Under the pieces are notes generated by a model. It was not told the origin of the DNA and did no database searches. It saw only the letters and a program-made list of their open reading frames with translations. 64,000 nucleotides of DNA from NCBI GenBank assembly GCA_963710955.1, contig CAVQCK010000001.1, positions 204,920 through 268,919 of the forward strand, read 5' to 3'. Origin of the DNA: an uncultured Actinomycetes bacterium. Lineage in GTDB: Bacteria > Actinomycetota > Thermoleophilia > Solirubrobacterales > 70-9. The position numbers and the translations under genes were made by a program. This document shows positions 54,754 to 62,985 of this stretch, one piece after another (positions within the stretch are counted from its first letter, which is position 1; each line of letters begins with the position of its first letter).

Positions 54754-55128
54754 ATGAAAGGGGAGTTCGTTTTGGCGGCGCGCGAGGAGGTAATCGAGGT
54801 GGACGAGGTCGTCCTGGAGGCGGAGGCGGTCGAGGAGCCGCAGCCGGATGACACGCAGGAGCTTCCGCAGCCGAGCCGTCTTCCGGAGCCTTCGCGCCGC
54901 GTCGACGTGGAGGCTTGGCGCGGCGAGGTGAGGACGGCGGCGATCGCCGCCGCCGGAGGCCTCGTCGCAGGCGCCGCGACCGTCGCAGCCGTTCGGGCCG
55001 TGCGCTCCGTGGGCCAGACAAAGCGCCAGCGCGGGCGCCGCATCCTGGGCAAGCGCACGGAGCCGACGAACGTCGTCGCCAGCCGCTCCTTCCTCGTGGA
55101 CGTCCACATCCTCGGCAACGGCCGGTAG
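54754..55128 (+). CDS. Hypothetical protein with one predicted TM segment
   Basis: 124-aa ORF with acceptable GC3, an acidic N-terminus and a basic C-terminus. Confidence 0.45.
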   Translation: MKGEFVLAAREEVIEVDEVVLEAEAVEEPQPDDTQELPQPSRLPEPSRRVDVEAWRGEVRTAAIAAAGGLVAGAATVAAVRAVRSVGQTKRQRGRRILGKRTEPTNVVASRSFLVDVHILGNGR

Positions 55129-55133
55129 CCGCC

Positions 55134-56063
55134 GTGGCGGCAAAGGCTGTCGGCGGCTCCCGCCGCGCGCCGGCGTGCCTGGACGTCGAGATCAGCCCTC
55201 CGTGGCCGTACCGGCTGCCCGCGGGCGGTGGCGGCGACGCGGTGATGCGGGTCCGGGGCGGGATCGTGACCCGGCTGCTCCACGTCGAGGGTCGCCCGGC
55301 GATCGTGCGCGCCGCCCAGCGGCGCGACGGCACCGTGCTGATGCGGGCGGAGGCGGACTCCGAGGAGGATCGAGAGCGCGCGATCGAGCGCATGCGCTTC
55401 GCGCTCGGCGTCGACGACGACTACCGCGAGGTCTATGAGGCGTTTCGCTCCGATCGGCTCTTCGGGTCGGCGATCCGCCAGAAGCCGTGGCACCGGCCGC
55501 GCCGGCGGCCATGGGCCTGGGAGGCCCTGGCCTGGTCGATCACCAAGCAGCTGATCGAGTCAGGGCGTGCGGCCGCGATCCAACGCCGGATGGTGTTCCG
55601 GTGGGGCGTCACCCACCAGGACGCTGATGGAGTCAGGCTGAGGGACGTCCCGACCCCGGCGCTGATCGCGGGACGTGCGCCGGCCGAGCTCGCGGCAAGG
55701 GACCTGTCGGCGGCGCGTGCCCTCGCCATGATTCGCGTCGCGCGCGAGGTCGCCGACGGCAGGGTGGATCCGGCCGACACCACCGACGATCATCGGCTGC
55801 TGCGGATCCGGGAGATCGGCCCCTGGACGATCCAGTGCCTGGGCCTCTACGGTCGGGGCGAGCCCGACTCGCTGCCCGCGGGCGACCTCGGCTACATCAA
55901 GCTCGTCGGTCGCCTTGCGGGCCTGGGGCGCCGCGCCACGATCGAGGAGGTTGAGGAGTTCTTCCGGCCGTATGAGCCATTCCGCGGCCTCGCCGGCGAC
56001 TTCATGCTGATCGCGCACCACAAGGCCATCGCGCAGGGCCCGCCGCTGCGGATGGCGGCCTGA
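55134..56063 (+). CDS. DNA-3-methyladenine glycosylase II family (AlkA-like, HhH-GPD)
   Basis: IREIGPWTIQCLGLYGRGEPDSLPAGDLGY. GTG at 55134, just after the preceding stop. Confidence 0.8.
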   Translation: MAAKAVGGSRRAPACLDVEISPPWPYRLPAGGGGDAVMRVRGGIVTRLLHVEGRPAIVRAAQRRDGTVLMRAEADSEEDRERAIERMRFALGVDDDYREVYEAFRSDRLFGSAIRQKPWHRPRRRPWAWEALAWSITKQLIESGRAAAIQRRMVFRWGVTHQDADGVRLRDVPTPALIAGRAPAELAARDLSAARALAMIRVAREVADGRVDPADTTDDHRLLRIREIGPWTIQCLGLYGRGEPDSLPAGDLGYIKLVGRLAGLGRRATIEEVEEFFRPYEPFRGLAGDFMLIAHHKAIAQGPPLRMAA

Positions 56064-56134
56064 GGCGTTTCTCACGCCGCTGCCGCGTGGCGCCGATGAG
56101 TAGGCCGAGGTCGTTCTTGAGAGCAGGGGTAAAG

Positions 56135-56983
56135 ATGAGGAAGACTTGGATCAGCGTCGGTGTGGGGGTCGCGCTCCTGGCGGCTGTCGCGTCGCCGGCG
56201 ACAGCCAGCGCGTCGCAGCACCTCTTCCGCACCGCGAGCATGAAGGTGCAGGCGACCGGCGGATACAAGGCATACCTCTTCGCGACCCGCGAGCTGGACC
56301 CGAGGAAGCGCGCGGAGCTCGACGTCACGGTCTACAAGGACGACCAGTACGCCGAGTACAGCGCCCCAGCCGTCTTCACCAAGCGCCGCCTCGAGGCGAA
56401 CCTCGGCCGCTTCGGGCGGGTCCATCTCCGAATCACCGGAAACGGACACCGGGCCGCCTCAGCGTCCGCGGCCAAGCGGGGGAGGAGCGCTCTCCTGTGC
56501 CAAACCGATGAGCCCTTCGAGCGCAAGACGTTCCTCGGACGGATCCGATTCCAGGGCGAGAACGGATATACGGCGATAGGCGCGGACCAAGCGAAGGGGG
56601 TGTACTTCCTCGGCAAGGCAAGGTGCTCGCGTGGAGGCAAACGGGCGCACGGAACGTTCCTCACCGCGAAGTCCGGGTCGGTGGAGTTCTTTGCCAGCCA
56701 CTACAAGCGCGACGCCAGGCACTCGTACCTCTACGCATCGGAAGCTGAGAAGGCCGGGCGGGTCTCGATCGAGCGCTCTGCGTCGAACTATCGCGGTGCG
56801 GTGTTCGACTTCAACCCCGACTACATGACGGCACACGTCCAACCGTCGGAGGGCCCGCTCTCAGGCTCGGCCGACTTCGCGGCGCCGGGCCAGTGGACGG
56901 GCGACCTCACGGCGTCGTTCCCCGGCGAGCCGCCGGTGGCGCTGACCGGGCCGGACTTCACGGCCCGCCTCAAGCACTTCTAG
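56135..56983 (+). CDS. Secreted hypothetical protein
   Basis: The ATG at 56135 gives MRKTWISVGVGVALLAAVASPATASA. Confidence 0.5.
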   Translation: MRKTWISVGVGVALLAAVASPATASASQHLFRTASMKVQATGGYKAYLFATRELDPRKRAELDVTVYKDDQYAEYSAPAVFTKRRLEANLGRFGRVHLRITGNGHRAASASAAKRGRSALLCQTDEPFERKTFLGRIRFQGENGYTAIGADQAKGVYFLGKARCSRGGKRAHGTFLTAKSGSVEFFASHYKRDARHSYLYASEAEKAGRVSIERSASNYRGAVFDFNPDYMTAHVQPSEGPLSGSADFAAPGQWTGDLTASFPGEPPVALTGPDFTARLKHF

Positions 56984-56988
56984 GTGCC

Positions 56989-57690
56989 CTAAGGCGTCAC
57001 AACCCGGTACCCGAACCAGGCCGTGTTGGCCGAGGTGGCGCTGGCGGAGCTTTCAACGCCGTTGAACTCCCCGCCGGCCGGGACCATGAGCGTGCCGGTG
57101 CTGTGACACGTGGTCGCCGCGGAGCCCGCGACCGTGCATGTGAGGTCGCCAACCGAGCTGTTGTGCGCGTCGGTGGCTCCTATTCCCAGGGTCCGAGACG
57201 TGCCGGAGCCTGGCGGCGCCGCGAGCTTGGCGCGGAAGTCGGTGATCTCGAGCTTCACCGGGGCCAGCCAGCGCACGGTTGAGGCGCCACTACCGTGGCC
57301 GACCGGCGTGCGCGCCGACTCGCCCGTGCCCGTGGTGAGCTTGTCCCATTGGCCCCCCAGGATCCCGGTCCCGACCCCGCTCAGCGTTGACTCGTCGATC
57401 TTGGAGCCGGTGAGCGAGTTGTTCTGGACCTTCGAGCCGGTGACAGCGCCAGCCGCGATGCGCCCCCCGGATACCGACCCGACCGCGAGGTCCTGGGTGG
57501 TTACCGAGCCGGCGATCAGGTTGGAGTGGTCGCCGCTGGGGGGAGCGTGACCTGAGATCGTGCCCGGCGCGACGTCGCTGTTCGAGTTGACGACGAAGGC
57601 CGCATAGGCCGAGCCTCCGAGCGCGAAGAAGAGCGCGAGCACCGAGACGACGTTGGCGAAGGTCAGGCGGGCGCGGATCCGATTGAGCAT
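56989..57690 (-). CDS. Secreted or anchored hypothetical protein rich in Gly/Ser/Thr
   Basis: The ATG at 57690 gives MLNRIRARLTFANVVSVLALFFALGGSAYA. Confidence 0.5.
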   Translation of the reverse strand: MLNRIRARLTFANVVSVLALFFALGGSAYAAFVVNSNSDVAPGTISGHAPPSGDHSNLIAGSVTTQDLAVGSVSGGRIAAGAVTGSKVQNNSLTGSKIDESTLSGVGTGILGGQWDKLTTGTGESARTPVGHGSGASTVRWLAPVKLEITDFRAKLAAPPGSGTSRTLGIGATDAHNSSVGDLTCTVAGSAATTCHSTGTLMVPAGGEFNGVESSASATSANTAWFGYRVVTP

Positions 57691-57737
57691 GGGTTCCCCT
57701 GTCGTCGGCTTGTCTTGGCCGACTGTACCGCTCTCGG

Positions 57738-58778
57738 TCAGGGCTGCTGGGTTCCCGGCAGCAGGTCGTTCGTCAGCACGTCGTCGGTCGGGGGCAGCGC
57801 CTTGATCACGCCGTTGTCGGCGAAGAACTGGGCGAACTTCTTCCACTGGCTCGGGTCCATGTAGCCGTAGCGCTTGGCGCCCTTCTGCGCCAGGAGCGGA
57901 AGGGTCTTCTTCATCTCGGCCTTGGTGGTCGTCGGATCGAGGCCTTGGCCCGCCTCGAGGATGTCCTTGGTCGCGCCGGCCGGGTCGGCGACGGCGGCCT
58001 CGGTCCCGCGCTGCAGCGCGTCCAGGAAGAGGCGGATGTTCTGCGACTCCGAGTCGAGCGTGTTCGAGTTCGCGACGAGGACCAGCTCGTTGTAGGTCGG
58101 GATCCCGAGCTTGTTCACGGGTATCACGGTCGGGTCCTTGCCCTGCTGCTGCAGGTCGACCCCCTCGACGTTGAGGAAGCCGCCGAGCATCGCCTGGGCG
58201 CGGCCGCCGATGAGCGCGGGCAGCAGGTTCTGTTGGACGTCGACGGTGGTGACGTCGCCCGTAGTGAGGCCGGCCTTGTCGAGGATCGTCTTCAGGTAGG
58301 ACTCCTGGTAGGGGATGCCCGCGGTCGCGATCGTCTTGCCGCTGAGGTCCTTGATGTTCTTGATGCCCGAGTCCTTGAGCCAGATCATCGACGTCAGCGG
58401 AGTGGGCACCAGGGCCGCCACCGCCTTTACGGGTAGGCCCTGGTCGTGCGCGAGCAGGACCTCGGGCTCATAGGAGATGGCCAGGTCCGCCCGCCCCGCG
58501 GCGACCTCCTTGATCGGCGCCGACGGGTCGGATGGTGCCTGGGCTTGCACGTCGAGCCCGGCGTCCTTGAAATACCCGTTGTCGATCGCCTCGAAGATCC
58601 CGGCGTGGTCGGGGTTGACGTAGAAGTCCAACGCGAGACTGAAGGGCTGCGGCTTGCCGGGCGTCGTGGACTCGGACTTCTCCCCGCACCCCGTGGCGAT
58701 CGCCACAACGCACACCACCAGGGCCACGGCGATGGCGCGAACGGACTTCTGACCCGGATTGATAACTGGCCTCCTCAT
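57738..58778 (-). CDS. NMT1/THI5-like ABC substrate-binding lipoprotein (ThiY-like, pyrimidine-precursor binding)
   Basis: Lipobox IATGC. LDFYVNPDHAGIFEAIDNGYFKDAGLDV and the rest is NMT1/THI5-like. Confidence 0.85.
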   Translation of the reverse strand: MRRPVINPGQKSVRAIAVALVVCVVAIATGCGEKSESTTPGKPQPFSLALDFYVNPDHAGIFEAIDNGYFKDAGLDVQAQAPSDPSAPIKEVAAGRADLAISYEPEVLLAHDQGLPVKAVAALVPTPLTSMIWLKDSGIKNIKDLSGKTIATAGIPYQESYLKTILDKAGLTTGDVTTVDVQQNLLPALIGGRAQAMLGGFLNVEGVDLQQQGKDPTVIPVNKLGIPTYNELVLVANSNTLDSESQNIRLFLDALQRGTEAAVADPAGATKDILEAGQGLDPTTTKAEMKKTLPLLAQKGAKRYGYMDPSQWKKFAQFFADNGVIKALPPTDDVLTNDLLPGTQQP

Positions 58779-58783
58779 GTCGG

Positions 58784-59558
58784 TTAAGGGGTTCTGGTCG
58801 AGCCGGGCCCCCACCAGGCGACCCGTCGCTCGATCACCGCGAGCAGCCCGAACAGGACGATCGCGAGCGCGGACAGTACGACGACAGCGGCAAACGTGCG
58901 TGCCGTCTGCAGCTGGGCGGACGCCTGCTGGATCAGGTGACCCAGGCCGGAGCTCGATCCGGCCCACTCGCCGAACACCGCTCCGATCACGGCGACGGCG
59001 ACGGCGATCTTCGCTCCGCTGAAGAAGTAGGGCAGGGCCGAGGGCCCCTCCACGCGGCGCAGGGTCTGCAGACGGCTGGCGTCGAGCGTCCGCATCATCT
59101 TCATCAGGTCCGGGTCCACCGAGCGCAGCCCGTCCAGCGTGTTGACCGTGATCGGGAAGAAGCAGATCAGCGCGATGATCACGAGCTTCGGCCCGATCCC
59201 GAAGCCCGAGCCAGACCACCAGGATCGGCGCGATGACCACGATCGGCACGGTCTGGGACGCGACCAGCAGCGGGTAGAAGGCACGCCGCAGCGTGGGTGA
59301 CAGGTGGAGCGCCACGGCGAAGCTGACGCCGGCCACGACCGCGAGGGCGAAGCCGGCCAGGACCTCCTGGAGCGTCACCCAGCCGTTGTCGAGGAGCAGG
59401 GAGCGGTCCGCCCAGAGCGACTGCGCAATCTCGCTCGGCGACGGGACCAGGAACGGCTCGATCTTGAGCGCGTTGGCGATCACGTCGAGGCTCGCGGCCA
59501 GCTGCCACAGCCCGAGGAGGACGGCGACGATCACGATCGACGGGAGCCAGCGCTTCAT
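58784..59558 (-). pseudogene. ABC transporter permease (ThiX/SsuC-like), frameshifted at a G-run near 59205
   Basis: The N-terminal part (MKRWLPSIV...PILVVWLG) and the C-terminal part (FGIGPKLVIIALICFFPITVN...) are in different frames. Deleting one G from CTCGGGCTTC restores VVWLGFGIGPKL. Confidence 0.8.
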
Positions 59559-60385
59559 CGCGAGCCCCTCGACAGCGCCTCCAGGGCGCGCTCGCGGGCG
59601 GCTGTGAACTCGGGCGCCGTGACGGTCTCGGTGCGCGGCCTGGCTCGCGGCGCTGGAGCGGCGAGCTCGCCGACTGCTCGAGTCGGCCGCGGCCCGAGCA
59701 CGATCACCCGATCGGAGAGGTAGAGCGCCTCCTCGACGTCGTGGCTGACCAGGATCACGGTCCGCGACTCGGCCGCCAGCGCCTCGGCGAGCCACTCCTG
59801 CATCTCGGCGCGGGTGATGGCGTCGAGCGAGGCGAACGGCTCGTCCAGCAGCAGCACGGGCTTGCCGGCGAGAAGCGTGCGGAGGAACGCGATCCGCTGG
59901 CGCATGCCGCCGGACAGCTCCGCCGGCCTCGTGCGCTCGAAGCCGGCGAGCCCGAAGCGCTCGAACAGGGGGTGGGCCTCGCGCCGCGCGACGCTGCGCG
60001 AGGCGCCCCGGTTCCGCAGCGCGAGCGCGGCGTTGTCGATCGCCGGGAGCCAGGGCAGGAGCAGGTCGCGCTGCGGCATGTAGGCGCAGCTGCGCAGGCG
60101 AGCGGCGGCGAGCGCCTCGCCGCCCACCTCGATCTTGCCCGCCGTCGGCTCGCGCAGGCCGCTCACCAGCTCCAGGAGGGTGGACTTGCCGCAGCCGGAA
60201 GGCCCGACGATGCCGAGCACCTCGCCCGGCTTGACGCGGAGGTCCAGCCGGCGGATCACCTCGAGGTCGTCGAAGGAGTGGCCCAGGCCAGCGACCTCGA
60301 CCGCGCGGTCCGGGGTTGCCCGGTGGCCGGTTTCGGCGCGGACCGCCCGCGCCGGGCTCGTCCGCCGCCCCGGCGCTCCTCTCAA
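59555..60385 (-). CDS. ABC transporter ATP-binding protein (ThiZ/SsuB-like)
   Basis: GPSGCGKSTLL, LSGGMRQR, LLLDEPFASLD. ATGA overlap with the permease start. TTG start, and the start is uncertain. Confidence 0.88.
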   Translation of the reverse strand: MRGAPGRRTSPARAVRAETGHRATPDRAVEVAGLGHSFDDLEVIRRLDLRVKPGEVLGIVGPSGCGKSTLLELVSGLREPTAGKIEVGGEALAAARLRSCAYMPQRDLLLPWLPAIDNAALALRNRGASRSVARREAHPLFERFGLAGFERTRPAELSGGMRQRIAFLRTLLAGKPVLLLDEPFASLDAITRAEMQEWLAEALAAESRTVILVSHDVEEALYLSDRVIVLGPRPTRAVGELAAPAPRARPRTETVTAPEFTAARERALEALSRGSR

Positions 60386-60430
60386 CAGATTGAGGCTCCG
60401 CTACAGGAGCCTCGGAAGTCGTTCGCATGC

Positions 60431-60538
60431 TCCCTCCGCGCGCATTACCGCACAGGTTCTAAGGGTCAGCGCCAGGTGTTCTGTGAGGCGCTATCTCAGC
60501 CCGCTAGCCCGCGAGCACCCCTGTCGTTGACGGTGAGC
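60431..60538 (-). promoter_or_regulatory. TPP (THI-box) riboswitch
   Basis: The minus strand reads GGGGTGC..GGCTGAGA..(AGCGCC/GGCGCT hairpin)..ACCCTTAGAACCTG..GGTAATGC..GCGGAGGGA. All conserved THI-element blocks are present in the canonical order. It lies directly 5' of a ThiZXY-like operon, and a TAGACT -10 box sits at 60539-60544. Confidence 0.85.
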
Positions 60539-60541
60539 AGT

Positions 60542-62011
60542 CTACCCGCCACCGGCGGCCGCAGCCGCCTCGCCCGAAAGGTCGCGATTGTCGGATTCGT
60601 ATCGAGAGTGTCCGTCGAATTCGACAATCGCGGGCCGGAGGGGGTTAGACTGCGGGACCAGCGGCGTGCCGCCCGCCACGACGTTCACGAAGTTCTCCAG
60701 GTGGCGGGTCGTCCAGCACTCGAAGGCGGTCGTGCAGTGGCGCTCGTAGGCGGCCATCACCGAGTCGCCGTAGTTCCAGTAGAGGCGCGGCTCGGGGTTG
60801 AGCCAGAACGTGCGGCCGGCGCGCTCCGTGATCTGGGCGAAGACCTCGGCGTGGGGCTCGCGGCCGTTGGTCCGCGCGTCGCCGAGCACGATCACGGTCG
60901 AGCGCGGGCCGAGGTCGTCGACGATCTCCTCCAGGAACTCGAGCCAAACCCGGCCGTAGTCGGTGTAGCCCGACACGTCGGCGACGCCGCCCTCGCGGCT
61001 AATGCGCTCCGAGATCGAGCGGAAGTCGCGCTCGTGCTCGAAGACGTCGGTCACCTCCGAGATGCGCTCGATGAAGACGAAGCTGCGCAGCTTTCGGAAT
61101 GAGTCGTGCAGCGCATGGAGCACGGAGAGGAAGAAGACGCTCGCCGATGTGACCGAGGTCGAAACGTCACAGAGGACGTAGATCTCGGGCCGCCGCGGAT
61201 GCTTGGGCCGGTACTTCAGGCGCAGCGGGACGCCGCCGGTGTCGAGCGAGGCCCGCATCGTCCGCCGCATGTCGACGGCAGCGCCCCGGCGCCGGCCGCG
61301 CTGCTCGTGCCCGAGCGTCGCCAGGCGGCGCTTGAGCTGGGCGACGGAGCGATGGACCGCCGCGAGGTCCTGGGCGGGGCTCGTGGGCAGCGCGCGGTCC
61401 AGCTCGGCGAGTGGGCGAGAGGGTGGAAGCTTCTCGGTGCGCTCGATCAGGTCTCGCTCGAGCTCGCGGCGAAGGTGGCGCTCGAACTTGTTGATCTGCT
61501 CGCGGTCGAGCGCGACGTCGCCCTTCTCTCCGCGGCCCTGGGACTGCAGGCCGAGCGTCCGGCGAATCCTCTGCACGTCGACGCCGATCACGCCCGACCC
61601 CTCGCCCTGGCGGCCGAAGGCGGCGATCGCGAGCCTCGCAAGGTCACGCATCTCGCCGTCGCGCCCGTCGGCGATCGCCTGGCGGACCGCCTCGCGAAGC
61701 TCGTTCAGGTCGAGGCCGTCACCGCCCTCGTACCGGCGGTCCTCGCCGATGCCGCGCTCGAGTGCCTCGGACTCCGCGGCGCGGAAGAAGTAGCGGTCGA
61801 AGAGCAGCTCGAACACCCGGCGGTCCTCCTGCGACTTCGCAACGGTCGCCGCGAGCGCCTCGCGGAAGTCCTCCTCGCGCGTCCAGGGCACCGTGTCGAG
61901 GGCCTCGAAGGCATCCAGGATCTCCGAGGTCCCGATCGCAACGCCCTCGCCTCGGAGCTCCTCGCAGAACGAGACGAGCCGTGGCGCCAGCCCGGGTGGG
62001 AGCGGGCTCAT
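60542..62011 (-). CDS. VWA-domain protein (CoxE-like)
   Basis: The ATG at 62011 overlaps the MoxR stop (ATGA). EIYVLCDVSTSV (MIDAS-like) and IVLGDARTNG. The last ~45 codons run through a palindromic element. Confidence 0.85.
   Translation of the reverse strand: MSPLPPGLAPRLVSFCEELRGEGVAIGTSEILDAFEALDTVPWTREEDFREALAATVAKSQEDRRVFELLFDRYFFRAAESEALERGIGEDRRYEGGDGLDLNELREAVRQAIADGRDGEMRDLARLAIAAFGRQGEGSGVIGVDVQRIRRTLGLQSQGRGEKGDVALDREQINKFERHLRRELERDLIERTEKLPPSRPLAELDRALPTSPAQDLAAVHRSVAQLKRRLATLGHEQRGRRRGAAVDMRRTMRASLDTGGVPLRLKYRPKHPRRPEIYVLCDVSTSVTSASVFFLSVLHALHDSFRKLRSFVFIERISEVTDVFEHERDFRSISERISREGGVADVSGYTDYGRVWLEFLEEIVDDLGPRSTVIVLGDARTNGREPHAEVFAQITERAGRTFWLNPEPRLYWNYGDSVMAAYERHCTTAFECWTTRHLENFVNVVAGGTPLVPQSNPLRPAIVEFDGHSRYESDNRDLSGEAAAAAGGG
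60583..60632. repeat. 17-bp inverted repeat (16 of 17 paired): CGCGATTGTCGGATTCG ... CGAATTCGACAATCGCG
   Basis: Read directly. It shares the core CGATTGTCG / ATTCGACAATCG with 50200-50248. Confidence 0.85.
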
Positions 62012-62964
62012 CCCGCCGCTTCCGCGCCGAGGCCCTTGACGCCGCCGAGCTTCATCCCGACCCGCTCGGCGACGAGGTCCATGTCGGTGCGGTGCTTGAC
62101 GATGATGCTCATCGTCCGCGAGAAGAGGGCGCCGTCGATGTCGTCGGCGCCCAGCAGGAGCAGAGCGCGCGCCCAGTCGATCGACTCGGCGATCGAGGGC
62201 GGCTTCTTGAGGTCGAGCTGGCGGACCATGTGGATGACCTCCACCAGCCTCCGGGCGAGCTGCTCGTCGATCTCGGGTGTGTGGAGGCGGACGATCTCCA
62301 TCTCGCGCTCGACCTCCGGGTAGTCCAGCCACAGGTAGAGGCAGCGGCGCTTGAGCGCCTCGGTGAGCTCGCGGGAGTTGTTGGAGGTGAGCACCACGAT
62401 CGGATGGGTGCGGGCCTCGATCACGCCCAGCTCGGGGATCGAGATCTGGAAGTCCGAGAGGACCTCGAGGAGCATCGCCTCGAACTCCTGGTCGGTCTTG
62501 TCGATCTCGTCGATCAGGAGCACGACCGGCTCCGTCGACGCGATCGCCTGGAGGAGGGGCCGTGTCAGCAGAAACTCCTCGCTGAATATGTCCCCCATCA
62601 CCTCTCCGGCCGCGTCCGCCGCTCCGCGTCCGGGCGCGGCCGGGTCCCAGGCCGGCTGCCCACCTTCAGCGGCTTCGGCCTGGATCCGCAACAGCTGCTT
62701 GCGGTAGTTCCACTCGTACAGCGCCTTTGCCTCGTCGAGGCCCTCGTAGCACTGGAGGCGGATCAGGTCACGCCCGGTCGCGCGGGACAAGGCCTTGGCC
62801 AGTTCGGTCTTGCCGACGCCCGCCGGGCCCTCCACGAGGACGGGCTTGCCGAGCCGCTGCGCCAGATAGGCGACCAGGGCTGCGGGCTCGTCCGCGAGGT
62901 ACCCGACCTCGCCCAGCGACTGCCTGACGTCGGCGACGGACCCTGGATCGGCGGTGTCGGCCAT
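62008..62964 (-). CDS. MoxR-family AAA+ ATPase (CoxD-like)
   Basis: VLVEGPAGVGKTELAKAL (Walker A), VVLLIDEIDK (Walker B). ATG at 62964. Confidence 0.9.
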   Translation of the reverse strand: MADTADPGSVADVRQSLGEVGYLADEPAALVAYLAQRLGKPVLVEGPAGVGKTELAKALSRATGRDLIRLQCYEGLDEAKALYEWNYRKQLLRIQAEAAEGGQPAWDPAAPGRGAADAAGEVMGDIFSEEFLLTRPLLQAIASTEPVVLLIDEIDKTDQEFEAMLLEVLSDFQISIPELGVIEARTHPIVVLTSNNSRELTEALKRRCLYLWLDYPEVEREMEIVRLHTPEIDEQLARRLVEVIHMVRQLDLKKPPSIAESIDWARALLLLGADDIDGALFSRTMSIIVKHRTDMDLVAERVGMKLGGVKGLGAEAAG

Positions 62965-62985
62965 GTCGGCGATGATAATGAGCGG

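Noticed and set aside
57738-60428. 896-aa minus-strand ORF that looks like a giant fusion protein
   Set aside because: It is a composite. Its frame is wrong across the ATPase gene (Arg/Pro-rich nonsense), right for the permease N-terminus, wrong again after the permease frameshift, and right for the binding protein. Three separate genes explain it.
60542-62964. MoxR AAA+ plus VWA pair as a possible defence or novel effector system
   Set aside because: This is the common CoxD/CoxE-like chaperone pair architecture. No nuclease, sensor or other defence-associated domains are adjacent. Only the palindromic element at its 3' end is unusual, and that is reported separately.
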